61,936 bases of DNA, from NCBI GenBank assembly GCA_003162635.1, contig PMNE01000030.1, forward strand, positions 23,920 through 85,855, read 5' to 3'. The position numbers and the translations under genes were made by a program. This document shows, piece after piece, positions 17,584 through 27,585 of the stretch. The stretch's first letter is position 1. Each line of letters starts with the position of its first letter. Origin of the DNA: Ignavibacteriota bacterium (GTDB lineage Bacteria; Bacteroidota; Ignavibacteria; UBA10030; UBA6906). A model generated the notes under the pieces. That model was not told the origin of the DNA. It saw nothing but the letters and a program-made list of their open reading frames with translations, and did not search any database.

Positions 17584-18417
17584 GAGATGGACTCTTGTCC
17601 AGAGTTTCAATTGTTCTACATTCGCAGATCCCTGACCCCTGCCTCCTCTTCCCCCCCCGCCTCGATGCCTGCCGCCACCTTCACCACCCATGCCACCCCC
17701 CATACCACCTCCCATATCGCCACCCATGTCGCCACCTGCACCTGCTTCGATGCCTCCTCCACCCGAAGGATCCCCCGCCGACCGATTCCCCGGTGCTATC
17801 TTTGGGGCTTCAAAACCGACGCCAACGGGTGAACCAAGGGAAACATCAAGGGCGAACGGGTGCCCCGGCGTGGGCTTGAAAGGAATCCGCATTTCGTACA
17901 CGAGCTTGCCTGCGCTCACATTCACCCTGACAAGGACCTCCTTTTCCGAGGTAATAGGAGTCATGAACCGCTCATCCTTACCCGGACCCAGCAATTCCAT
18001 TTCCCCTCCAGCGAACAGCGCAGCCATGGCAGAGGGTTCAACGCCCTCCTCAGGCATCGCCATGGCGCCGGCGGAAGGAGGCCGACCGAGAGGAAAACGG
18101 ACCCCGAGTTTCTGGTCGGATCCCCCGGAGGGATCAAACCAGACAGTGAGACCGGCCATCATGATCTCCCGCTCCACCCCTCGATCGCTGGTCGAAAGGC
18201 AGAGATACAGATAGCTCTCGTCGTTGCTCACTGCAACAGCCACGCCACTTTTGTCCACATACACGGGGATACCGTTCCAATCATGCTGATCTCCATCCAC
18301 AACAATTTCCCGGTCGCGGTGATAGCTCGCCAGCTCAACGCTGCTTCCACAGCCTTGAATCATGAGCAGAGAGCAACCGATGATGGGCATGCACACCAGG
18401 ATAATCCTTCGGCTCAT
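17542..18417 (-). CDS. Lipoprotein with a Gly/Met-rich C-terminal low-complexity tail
   Basis: ATG at 18417 after GAGGGA. Lipobox-like LLMIQGC. Tail GGGGIEAGAGGDMGGDMGGGMGGGMGGEGGGRHRGGGGRGGRGQG. The 3' end overlaps the convergent dehydrogenase gene by 42 bp. Confidence 0.6.
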   Translation of the reverse strand: MSRRIILVCMPIIGCSLLMIQGCGSSVELASYHRDREIVVDGDQHDWNGIPVYVDKSGVAVAVSNDESYLYLCLSTSDRGVEREIMMAGLTVWFDPSGGSDQKLGVRFPLGRPPSAGAMAMPEEGVEPSAMAALFAGGEMELLGPGKDERFMTPITSEKEVLVRVNVSAGKLVYEMRIPFKPTPGHPFALDVSLGSPVGVGFEAPKIAPGNRSAGDPSGGGGIEAGAGGDMGGDMGGGMGGGMGGEGGGRHRGGGGRGGRGQGSANVEQLKLWTRVHLSSVDNVPRSSLKE

Positions 18418-18477
18418 ACGTCCCTCATTTTGCGGCACAAAACAATCACACGTTAGACACCGGCAACCGGAGAAGGT

Positions 18478-18846
18478 TTATCGTCCCAGAAGCATCTTGA
18501 TCCCGACGAGGACAAGAAATCCGCCAAAAATCTTCCCGAGGAGCGCTTCAGGAATCTCCGCTGCCACTTTCGCGCTGCAGTAACTGCCGGCGACGAATCC
18601 CACGCATATCAGGGCAGCAACAGGGACGTTCACATCTCCCTGTCGATAGTAGGCCCAGGCGGCAAGCAATCCGATAGGCGGAACAAGAAGGGCAAGGGTT
18701 GTCCCCTGTGCCTGGTGCTGGCTGAAGCCGAAGAGGAAAACGAGAGCGGGAACGATGACGATCCCTCCACCGATACCGACAAGGCCGCTGACGATTCCCG
18801 CCCCGATCCCCAGCAGGAGATAGAGCACGATCTGGACGTTTCCCAT
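18478..18846 (-). CDS. Half-size TauE/SafE (DUF81)-family membrane protein
   Basis: GAGIVSGLVGIGGGIVIVPAL motif; four TM segments in only 122 aa. Confidence 0.65.
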   Translation of the reverse strand: MGNVQIVLYLLLGIGAGIVSGLVGIGGGIVIVPALVFLFGFSQHQAQGTTLALLVPPIGLLAAWAYYRQGDVNVPVAALICVGFVAGSYCSAKVAAEIPEALLGKIFGGFLVLVGIKMLLGR

Positions 18847-18982
18847 TCTGCCCTCTCTTCCTCAGATTATGAAAGTTGTCACTTTTGCGAAAGAAGCTCC
18901 TTCACCGTACTGAACTCCTCAGCACTCATTCCGCAAAAATACACACCGCCCGCCCCCGCGGCCTCATGCCAGGTAACGACGT

Positions 18983-19897
18983 TCAACGCTTCATCGTAAG
19001 GGCTTTCACCACTTTCAAGGCGATTTCGGTTCCTACCCGGTCCTGCGCTTCAATCGTTGATCCTCCGATGTGAGGAGAAACACTGACGCGCGGATGATTG
19101 AAAAGGGCGCGTTCCGCTTCCGTCGGCGGTTCGTGGACAAAGACGTCCAGGGCCGCCCCCCTGACTTTCCCGGAGTTCAACCCTTCCAGAAGCGCCTCCT
19201 CATCGACGACCCCCCCGCGGGAGCAGTTAACGATGATGACGCCGTTCTTCATCAGGGCGATCTCCTGCCGGCCGATGGCGGGACCCCGCACCTTGTCGAG
19301 GGGCACGTGGAGGGTAATGAAGTCCGCTTCCGCGAGCAGACGCTCCTTTGTCGTGATCTCAACGATGAAATCCATGGGAGCGAACGGCGGATCGTAGGCG
19401 AGAACGGTCATACCGAGGCCCAACGCCCGGCGCGCCACCTCCTTGCCGATATTCCCCAATCCGATGATACCGAGGGTTTTCTTGTACAGCTCGATCCCCG
19501 CGGAGTATTCCTTCTTCGGCCATTGGCCGTCCTTCATCGCCGCGGTACTCAGATGGAGAAATCTGCTCACGGCAAACATATGGCCTATGGTCAGTTCGGC
19601 AACAGAGATTGCTGACGCACCCGGCGTATTCAGCACCATGATCCCCCCGGACTCCGCATGCTTGACGTCGATATTGTCAACGCCGACACCGCCCCGCGCA
19701 ATCACTCTAAGCTTCGTACCCGCATCGATGACCTCTTTTGTCACCTTGGTTGCCGACCGGACGATGATGCACTCATACTCGGGAATCCGCTGGAGAAGCT
19801 CCTCAGGCTTCATGGATTGTTGGTGGACGCGGTGGCCGCCGTCCGACAGGATCTTGGCTCCTTCCGGCGAAATGCCGTCTGTCACGAGAATATTCAT
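18983..19897 (-). CDS. D-3-phosphoglycerate dehydrogenase-like 2-hydroxyacid dehydrogenase (short form, no ACT domain)
   Basis: GIIGLGNIGKEVARR NAD motif; NCSRGGVVDE and SPHIGGST catalytic region. Confidence 0.8.
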   Translation of the reverse strand: MNILVTDGISPEGAKILSDGGHRVHQQSMKPEELLQRIPEYECIIVRSATKVTKEVIDAGTKLRVIARGGVGVDNIDVKHAESGGIMVLNTPGASAISVAELTIGHMFAVSRFLHLSTAAMKDGQWPKKEYSAGIELYKKTLGIIGLGNIGKEVARRALGLGMTVLAYDPPFAPMDFIVEITTKERLLAEADFITLHVPLDKVRGPAIGRQEIALMKNGVIIVNCSRGGVVDEEALLEGLNSGKVRGAALDVFVHEPPTEAERALFNHPRVSVSPHIGGSTIEAQDRVGTEIALKVVKALTMKR

Positions 19898-19984
19898 GAT
19901 GACCTCCGATTTGTCACTATCAATAACTGGTTGGCACGCCGCACCGCACGCAGGGGAAACAGTGCAGGAGAGGCAGGTGGGGTC

Positions 19985-22474
19985 TCATTTTATCTCAAGC
20001 GATTGTGAGAGTCGCACGTCTCTGGAGGAGCTTCCGACTGCCACCGTGTATGTTCCGGGTTCAACCTCCCACTGTTTCTTCATGGGATGGAAGAATGCAA
20101 AGGAGGATTCGCCCAACGTCAGGTGGACAGTCTTCGTTTCACCCGGCTGCAGGGCAATCCGGGAAAAAGCTTTGAGTTCTTTCGGGGGCCGCGGAACAGA
20201 AGCATGCTCCTCGCTCACATAGACCTGAACCACTTCGGCTCCTGCACGCGTTCCGGTATTCGTCACATCGAGCGTGACGGAGTACGTTTCATGCCCGGGT
20301 CCGGGGACAACGACGAGATGTGAGTAGCTGAACGTCGTATACGAGAGTCCGAAGCCGAAAGGAAACAGCGGTTCGACGTTTGCGTGATCGAAATAGCGGT
20401 AACCGATGAATATCCCTTCCGCGTATTCCGTCTTCCCATCTTTTCCCGGATACGTGGACGACGCGGGGGAATCGTTCCACGCCTTCGGGAACGTTACCGG
20501 CAGCTTTCCGGACGGATTGACGTCACCGAAGAGAACATCCGCGATCGCCGCTCCTCCCTCCTGCCCGCCAAACCAGGCCTCCACCACCGCCGGCACGTTT
20601 TCGATCCACGGCATGAGAACAGGGGCACCGTTCACGAGGACCACAACGGTGCGTGGATTTGCCTTCGCGACGGCGGCGATAAGCTCATCCTGTCCCGCCG
20701 GCAGTGACAACGATTTCCTGTCGAATCCCTCACTTTCATAGTCTGCGGAATTGCCGACGACGACCACGGCAATGTCTGCATGCGTGGCTGCGTCCACCGC
20801 CTCCTGCAGGTTCCGCTGCAATCCGATGCGCCATCCGAACTGCATGGTGGCTCCTCCGGTGTTCTCGTAGTACTCAATCCTGAGGGCATACGTCTTCCCC
20901 TTTTCGAAATGGATCCTGCCCGTCTTTGTCACGATCCCATGATCACCCCAATTGTCGATCAGGAGCGTATCATCGATGAACAGCCGTGATCCGTCGTCGC
21001 TTCGCGTACTCAGTTCAAACTCACCGGTCTCCGGCGGAACAAGCAGTCCGGTCCACCGGATCGAGAAATGGTCCTCCGGAAAACCGGCGGCAGGCGCTCC
21101 GCCTCCCCATTCAAAATCCACCGCGGGGTCGATTCTCGTCATGAGCGGCTGCCCCTCGAAGTTTGGATTCGCAAAGTATTCGCCCCGGAGGCCGGTTTCC
21201 CGTTCCTTCCCACCAGCCGGACGAAGGACGGCAGATTCCACAGGAGCAACGTCTCCATCCATCATACACCCGCGTGCGAAACGGACGGTGATGTCGTTCC
21301 CTCCGCGTGCCTTGATCCCCTGGAGGGGGCTGATCTTCGAGAGGGGAACCACCATGGAACTCCCCCCGCCCCCCGTACGTGCGATCTCCGCACTCGGACC
21401 GATCACTGCAATGCTGTGGACGCGGGCAGCATCCAGAGGAAGGAGGCCCATCGTGTTCTTCAGCAGCACCGTCCCTTCGTCCGCCACTTCGCGCGCAAGC
21501 GCGCGGTGTTGCGCAGAGCTGATGATCGAGGAATCCGGCGCAGGCTGGGGGTTCAAGAGCCCGGTCCACATGATCACCCGGAGTATCCGAGTGATCTTGT
21601 CGTCGATGACCGGCTCCTTCACGTCGCCGCGCCGTACGGCCAGCAGAAGACTGTCCCCCCGGAGGAATTGTCCGTTGGGCATTTCGATATCCAGACCCGC
21701 ATTCACTGTCGGCACCATGCTGTGTACCGCCCCCCAATCGGAAACAACCATTCCCTTGAATCCCCATTCACGCTTCAGCACATCGGTCAGGAGAAATGGA
21801 TTCTCGCTGCACCAGGTCCCATTCACCTTATTGTATGCAGACATGATGGACCAGCTCCCCCCTTCCTGCACTGCCGCTTGAAAGGCGGGGAAATAGATCT
21901 CCCGCAGGGTCCGTTCATCTACCTGCGCACTGATGGACTCGCGTTCCCATTCCTGGTTATTGGCCGCGTAATGCTTCGTGCATGCGACGACTTTCTCGGA
22001 CTGCACGCCCTTGACATACCCGACTGCCACGCGTGCAACAAGATACGGGTCCTCGCCATAGCTTTCAAAGTCTCTCCCCCCCCACGGAACGCGGTTGATA
22101 TTGACGCAGGGGCCGAGCAGCATGCGCCGTCCCTCGGCCTTCGCTTCTCTTCCGAGGGCGCTGCCCTCGCGGGTTGCGAGAGCCGGATCCCATGCCGCAG
22201 CCAATGCAATGCTGGCCGGGAACGCTGTCGAGCGATGCCAGCGGACGCCGACCGGTCCATCGGTCATATTCAGTGCAGGGATACCGAGCCGCGCAACCGG
22301 GCGTGACTCAAAGCCCGTGCCGCTCAGCATGGAGATCTTCTCTTCGAGCGTCATCTGCCGGAGAATGTCGTGGATCTTCTTCTCCGCTTCCTGTCCCTCC
22401 TGGGCACGCGCAAAAGAGAAACCGATCAGGAGAATCAGGGAAGAGCCAAAAAGTGCGAGGAAGAACTTTTTCAT
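19985..22474 (-). CDS. Secreted GH3 beta-glucosidase with inserted PA14-like domain
   Basis: Signal peptide MKKFFLALFGSSLILLIGFSFARA. GH3 motifs KHYAANNQE and SDWGA. PA14-like insert GLRGEYFANPNFEGQPL. Fn3-like C-terminus. Confidence 0.88.
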   Translation of the reverse strand: MKKFFLALFGSSLILLIGFSFARAQEGQEAEKKIHDILRQMTLEEKISMLSGTGFESRPVARLGIPALNMTDGPVGVRWHRSTAFPASIALAAAWDPALATREGSALGREAKAEGRRMLLGPCVNINRVPWGGRDFESYGEDPYLVARVAVGYVKGVQSEKVVACTKHYAANNQEWERESISAQVDERTLREIYFPAFQAAVQEGGSWSIMSAYNKVNGTWCSENPFLLTDVLKREWGFKGMVVSDWGAVHSMVPTVNAGLDIEMPNGQFLRGDSLLLAVRRGDVKEPVIDDKITRILRVIMWTGLLNPQPAPDSSIISSAQHRALAREVADEGTVLLKNTMGLLPLDAARVHSIAVIGPSAEIARTGGGGSSMVVPLSKISPLQGIKARGGNDITVRFARGCMMDGDVAPVESAVLRPAGGKERETGLRGEYFANPNFEGQPLMTRIDPAVDFEWGGGAPAAGFPEDHFSIRWTGLLVPPETGEFELSTRSDDGSRLFIDDTLLIDNWGDHGIVTKTGRIHFEKGKTYALRIEYYENTGGATMQFGWRIGLQRNLQEAVDAATHADIAVVVVGNSADYESEGFDRKSLSLPAGQDELIAAVAKANPRTVVVLVNGAPVLMPWIENVPAVVEAWFGGQEGGAAIADVLFGDVNPSGKLPVTFPKAWNDSPASSTYPGKDGKTEYAEGIFIGYRYFDHANVEPLFPFGFGLSYTTFSYSHLVVVPGPGHETYSVTLDVTNTGTRAGAEVVQVYVSEEHASVPRPPKELKAFSRIALQPGETKTVHLTLGESSFAFFHPMKKQWEVEPGTYTVAVGSSSRDVRLSQSLEIK

Positions 22475-22621
22475 GGGTGATTCCTTTCATGTGGAGGTCA
22501 CACACAAACACATTTTTCGTGCTCGTGGTCCCGGGATCGACGGCGATTCTGCGGGACGACGTGAGCGAACTGATGAGGAGAGCTCCCAAGAAGATCCCTC
22601 AATGCCGTGGACTCATGCGAT

Positions 22622-22677
22622 GAAAACGAAGAGAGAAGAAAGGCGGAGCCCGATGTTCGCCATCGACGAGCTCCGCC
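22622..22677 (-). terminator. Terminator-like hairpin after the ROK kinase gene
   Basis: GGCGGAGC (22642-22649) / GCUCCGCC (22670-22677) with a long loop. The minus-strand transcript continues UUUCUUCUCUCUUCGUUUUC. Confidence 0.45.
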
Positions 22678-22698
22678 TTATCGATGTGTCAACAGCGC

Positions 22699-23670
22699 TT
22701 ACTTCTTTTTCCGCAGCTCATTCCAGATAAGCGCGCTTGCGCCGAGAACTGCGGTATTCCCCTCCTTCAGGCCCGATGGGAGGAGCTTCACCTTGTTCTT
22801 GAAAATATTCAGCAAGTTTGCCTCGAGATACCTCTTTGTTGGTTCGAAGATCAGCGCACCGGCATTGGCAATACCCCCGAAAAGGATGATGGCCTCCGGG
22901 CTCGTATGTGCAACCGAGTCGGCAAGCTTGAGGCCGAGAATGCGGCCCGTCACCTCAAAGGCCTCCTGTGCAATAGGATCGCCTCGACCTGCGGCGCCTG
23001 CAATGATCTTCGGTGTCAGGTCCTGAGGTGCGATAGCGCGCAATTCGCTCTCTTCGCGGCGATCCGCAAGGAGCTCGAGCACGGTCTTGCATATCCCTGA
23101 GGCTGACGCGTATGCCTCGAGGCATCCGCGGCGCCCGCAACCGCATTCGCGTCCATGTGGATCGTAGATGGTGTGCCCGATCTCTCCGGCAAATCCGTCA
23201 GCCCCGTAGATCAGATCCCCGCCGGCCACGATGCCGCTGCCGACGCCGGTCCCAAGGGTAATGACGATGAAATCCTTCATTCCCTTTGCTGCGCCATAGA
23301 GCATCTCACCCAGCGCGGCGGCATTCGCGTCGTTGGTCACGGCAACCGGAACGTCGTAATACTTCTTGAACAGCGCAGCGAGGTTCGTCACCGGCCCCCA
23401 TTTCAGGTTGGGGGGACTCTCCACCGTCCCGCGATAGTAGTTGGCGTTCGGAGCACCGACGCCAATCCCTTTCATGATGTACCGTCCGGCGAGCGGGCGG
23501 TACAGTTCATCGATTCTTTCATGCAGACGGCTGATCAGCCGCTCTGCCGGGTCGCCGCTCTGGGTAGGAATGGAGGATTCCGCAACGCACGTGCCGGTCT
23601 CCAGAACAAACCCGAAGACGGTATTTGTCCCTCCAATATCAACGCCGAGGGTGACATCTTGCGCAGCCAT
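22699..23670 (-). CDS. ROK-family sugar kinase (glucokinase-like)
   Basis: LGVDIGGTN ATP motif and ROK zinc motif CGCGRRGCLEAY. Confidence 0.85.
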   Translation of the reverse strand: MAAQDVTLGVDIGGTNTVFGFVLETGTCVAESSIPTQSGDPAERLISRLHERIDELYRPLAGRYIMKGIGVGAPNANYYRGTVESPPNLKWGPVTNLAALFKKYYDVPVAVTNDANAAALGEMLYGAAKGMKDFIVITLGTGVGSGIVAGGDLIYGADGFAGEIGHTIYDPHGRECGCGRRGCLEAYASASGICKTVLELLADRREESELRAIAPQDLTPKIIAGAAGRGDPIAQEAFEVTGRILGLKLADSVAHTSPEAIILFGGIANAGALIFEPTKRYLEANLLNIFKNKVKLLPSGLKEGNTAVLGASALIWNELRKKK

Positions 23671-23673
23671 GTG

Positions 23674-25131
23674 TCATGCCTTTTGATACGTGGGAACATG
23701 CCCCTTGAAGCCGTAGTACGCGATGTACAGGTAGCACAGCACGGGGAGGAAGAAAGCGTGATGAATGCCGATCGCGTCGGCAAAGAGACCCTGGATCACG
23801 GGAAGAACAGCTCCGCCGACGATTGCCATGCAAAGAATACCCGAGGCGTGGCCCGTGTGTTTGCCGAGACCATCAACGGCCAGCGTGAAGATCGTCGGAA
23901 ACATGATTGAATTGAAAAGTCCGACGGCAAGGATCGTCCACATGGCGGGCCTGCCGTCGAGCACCATTGTTGCAACGACAAGGATCGCAGCACCGAACGC
24001 GAGGAGTCCGAGCGTCCTGCCGGGTTTTCCCGACGACGTGAGGAACGCCGCAAGATTCACGACGGCAAAGCCGAGATAGATCATGGACTCGGTGACATCG
24101 CGGGTATTATAGAAGCCAAGCGCGACGGCAAGCACAAGCACGAGGCCCAGGAGGAGGTACCGCACGGGCGAGAGCTTTCCTCCAAGCGTAATCGAGCCGA
24201 TGAAGCGTCCGATCATCGCCCCTCCCCAGTAGAGGGAGACATACTTGCCGGCATCGACCGCTTTCAGATTTGCGACAAAGTCCTGGCTGAGATAGTTGAC
24301 GAGGAAACTGCCAATTGAGACTTCGGCCCCCACATAGACAAAGATGCCGATGGCACCGAGCACGAGATGGCGATATTTCCACGCGTTTTCGTGGTGTGCA
24401 TCATGGGTTCCGCCCGCGCTGCTCTTGACGCTGCCTGTTTCAATGAGAGGAAGCTTAATGGCGGCAAAAACGCCTGCAATCACGAACAAGAGCGCCGCAA
24501 GGAACAAATACGGCATCTGCACCGACGATGCTTCGCTCATTCTATACGTGGCTTGCTGGTCGATGGGAAGCCGGCCTATCTGTTCCAAGGACAGCGATGC
24601 CGTCGACAGTATCAGGATGGCACCGATGATCGGCGCAATGGTTGTTCCGAGCGAATTGAACGCCTGCGTCAGGTTCAGCCGGCTGGAAGCAGTCTGCGGA
24701 GATCCGAGGATCGCCACATAGGGATTGGCAGCAACCTGCAGCAGCGTGATGCCGGATGCCAGCACGAAGAACGCGCCAAGGAAAAGCGGATACGAGCGTG
24801 TCGCCGCCGCAGGATAGAACAGCAGGCATCCGATGCCGGCAGCTATCAAACCGATCACGATCCCCGTTTTATACCCCACCTTCTCCACGATGGCGCCGGA
24901 CGGGAGAGACATGATGAAGTACGCCGTGAAGAACATGAACTGAATCAGCATCGCTTCGGCATAATTCAATCCGAAGGCAGCTTTCAGATGCGGAATCAGG
25001 ATGTCGTTCAGGCACGTAATGAATCCCCACATGAAGAAAAGGGACGTCAGGATTGCCAATGCGGGAGCGTACTTCGCACCCTCCTTTGCCGAGACGGCTC
25101 CGTTCCTGGGTGTGCCGATTCCGGTAGTCAT
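23674..25131 (-). CDS. MFS sugar:H+ symporter (FucP / glucose-galactose GluP family)
   Basis: N-terminal region [27 protein letters not shown] is typical of FucP/GluP; 12 TM segments. The ATG at 25131 overlaps the upstream stop (ATGA). Confidence 0.85.
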   Translation of the reverse strand: MTTGIGTPRNGAVSAKEGAKYAPALAILTSLFFMWGFITCLNDILIPHLKAAFGLNYAEAMLIQFMFFTAYFIMSLPSGAIVEKVGYKTGIVIGLIAAGIGCLLFYPAAATRSYPLFLGAFFVLASGITLLQVAANPYVAILGSPQTASSRLNLTQAFNSLGTTIAPIIGAILILSTASLSLEQIGRLPIDQQATYRMSEASSVQMPYLFLAALLFVIAGVFAAIKLPLIETGSVKSSAGGTHDAHHENAWKYRHLVLGAIGIFVYVGAEVSIGSFLVNYLSQDFVANLKAVDAGKYVSLYWGGAMIGRFIGSITLGGKLSPVRYLLLGLVLVLAVALGFYNTRDVTESMIYLGFAVVNLAAFLTSSGKPGRTLGLLAFGAAILVVATMVLDGRPAMWTILAVGLFNSIMFPTIFTLAVDGLGKHTGHASGILCMAIVGGAVLPVIQGLFADAIGIHHAFFLPVLCYLYIAYYGFKGHVPTYQKA

Positions 25132-27332
25132 CGTGTTCCTTCGGAGTTCATGGTACGATGGACCGCGTCCGCACGCAACGTGCACGGCCGCGAGAACTTG
25201 TTGATCATAAGAGTAAATGCCCCGGGTTCGATGATGCGCGTGTTGTCCCGTCCGATGAAGGAGAGATCGCCCGCCGTGATCGCCATCTGCACGCGCTTCT
25301 CCTCGCCGGGTGCAAGGAAGACCTTTCGAAATCCTTTCAACTGGCGCACCGGACGGGACACGGACCCATATTCGTCGCGCACGAAAAGCTGCACCACTTC
25401 GCTCCCCGCAACCACACCGGTGTTTTTCACCGTAATGGAGACCGTCATGGTGTCCTTCACACCGATCTCATCCCGGTCGACCGCAAGATCGCTGTACTCA
25501 AATGTTGTATAGCTTAACCCGTGGCCAAAGGGAAACTCCGGATTGTACGTGTTCCCGTCCGCAACATCGGCGGGTTTCACATCGTATGGCACCAACGCGT
25601 TCGGATACTTCGGGTACGAGAGGGGAAGTTTCCCCGACGGGTTGGCATCCCCGCAAAGGATGTCTGCGATGGCATTCCCGCCTTCCATACCCGGACAATA
25701 GCACATCACGATGGCGGCCGCCTTCTCCACAAGCGTGCGGATGATGCGGGGGCGTCCCTCGATGAGGAGGAGAACGACGGGTTTCCCTGTATCGATCAGC
25801 GCCCGCGCAAGCTCAATTTGTGCCGCGTCGAGCGTCAGATCATCGATGTTACCCCAATTTTCGCTGTAGGCCTTCTCGCCGAGACACACGATGATCGCAT
25901 CCACGCCTTTCGTTGCCGCAACCGCGGCCTGCACGTCCACAACATCGTCAAACGTGGATCCAGCGACATAGACCACCTGGTCCTTGCCGAATTTCTCCTG
26001 CAAAGCGCGGAGAACGGTGTTCTTGTCCTTCGGATAAAGAGCTTCCACATCCCCCATCCACGTGATCGTCCATCCTCCATTCAGGGATGAGAGCACATTG
26101 GCTGTCGGTCCCGTCACCAGGATTTTCGTGTTCTTCGCGAGGGGGAGGGTCTTGCGATCGTTCTTCAGGAGCGTGAGACATTCTCGTGCCGCCTGGAAAT
26201 TCGTCTGTGCCGCCTCCGGCGTGGCGAATTTCTTCGCCATGCGAAGGTCGGGATACGGGCGATCAAGAACGCCCATCTCCAACTTCACGGTAAGGATGCG
26301 CGTCACCGCCTCATCGATGCGGGAGAGCGGAACGGACCCGTCCTTTGCACATGCGAGGAGCAGGTCATGGAAACTATAATCGAGGGGAACCATGCTCATA
26401 TCGACGCCGGCCATGACCGCCATGCGGACGGCTTCTTTGGGAGATTCGGCCACATGGTCGCGCGAGTAGAGACGTTCAATATCCATCCAATCGGAGTCGA
26501 CGATCCCTTTGAAATGCATTTCGCCCCGGAGGACTTCCGTCAGGAGGTGGTAGTTGGAATGACCGGGGATCCCGTCAACTTCCGCAGAATTGGCCATCAC
26601 GGTCGGGGCACCTGCGGCAATCCCCGCTTCAAAACCGGGGAGGAAGTACTCCCGCATCATCCGTTCCGAAATCCATGCCGCGGTACGATCCTTGCCGCTG
26701 ATCGGAAAACTGTAGCCGACGTAATGCTTCAAACACGCCGCCGCCTTGTCGGGTGCGCCAAAGTCGGTTCCCTGGAGCCCGCGGATGTAGGAAACCCCCA
26801 TGCTCTTTGCGAGATGGACGTCCTCCCCGAACGTCTCCCAGAGACGAGGCCAGAGCGGCTGTCGTCCGACATCGAGGACGGGGTAGAAGTTCCAAGGAAT
26901 GCCGGATGCACGAACTTCCCAAGCAGTGATTTCCCCTTCCTGAGACACCAGATCGCTGTTCCATGTTGCCGCCATGGCGATCGGCTGGGGGAAAAGGGTG
27001 GCTCCAAGCGTGTAGTTTGCGCCGTGAATGGCGTCGATGCCGTACAGCACGGGAATCTTCAGGCGGGACTGTTGTGTGGCCACGTCCTGGATTTCGGTTA
27101 TCACGTCGATCCAGTGCTCGCGGCTGTAGGCGGACGGGCCAACGTTGAAAATGGAGCCCACGTGATGCGCGAGGATCGCTTCTTCAAGCTTGGCACGGTC
27201 GATCCGGTGCGGTTCATCGCGGCCATCGACACCCTGGGAAACAAGATCGACGGTCACCTGGGTCATCTGGCCGACCTTCTCTTCCAGCGTCATCTGCTGC
27301 AGGAGGTCGCGGACCCGTTGCTCTTTGGACAT
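25128..27332 (-). CDS. GH3 beta-glucosidase, apparently cytoplasmic (no signal peptide)
   Basis: Start re-called at [23 protein letters not shown]. Motifs KHYVGYS and SDWMD; C-terminal fn3-like domain. Confidence 0.85.
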   Translation of the reverse strand: MSKEQRVRDLLQQMTLEEKVGQMTQVTVDLVSQGVDGRDEPHRIDRAKLEEAILAHHVGSIFNVGPSAYSREHWIDVITEIQDVATQQSRLKIPVLYGIDAIHGANYTLGATLFPQPIAMAATWNSDLVSQEGEITAWEVRASGIPWNFYPVLDVGRQPLWPRLWETFGEDVHLAKSMGVSYIRGLQGTDFGAPDKAAACLKHYVGYSFPISGKDRTAAWISERMMREYFLPGFEAGIAAGAPTVMANSAEVDGIPGHSNYHLLTEVLRGEMHFKGIVDSDWMDIERLYSRDHVAESPKEAVRMAVMAGVDMSMVPLDYSFHDLLLACAKDGSVPLSRIDEAVTRILTVKLEMGVLDRPYPDLRMAKKFATPEAAQTNFQAARECLTLLKNDRKTLPLAKNTKILVTGPTANVLSSLNGGWTITWMGDVEALYPKDKNTVLRALQEKFGKDQVVYVAGSTFDDVVDVQAAVAATKGVDAIIVCLGEKAYSENWGNIDDLTLDAAQIELARALIDTGKPVVLLLIEGRPRIIRTLVEKAAAIVMCYCPGMEGGNAIADILCGDANPSGKLPLSYPKYPNALVPYDVKPADVADGNTYNPEFPFGHGLSYTTFEYSDLAVDRDEIGVKDTMTVSITVKNTGVVAGSEVVQLFVRDEYGSVSRPVRQLKGFRKVFLAPGEEKRVQMAITAGDLSFIGRDNTRIIEPGAFTLMINKFSRPCTLRADAVHRTMNSEGTR

Positions 27333-27585
27333 GGATTCAGTTCCTGCTGCCGAAGCGGCAACAGCCGCAGGATTCAGACAGCTTGTATTGTTGGAAGCCG
27401 GGACGCACAACTTTCTGGGGCGAAGGCATGAAGCAGAGAATGGAAATACGGGAAGAAAGCCGTCCCATCGGGAGCGTACTTAAGTGTTTAACGTACACAT
27501 CTCTGCCAAGAATATCAAGAGCATGGCGGGTGGTTTCTTCACCACTTCGCACGATAAACCTGAAGGAGGCCGTGCGACTCCCCGG

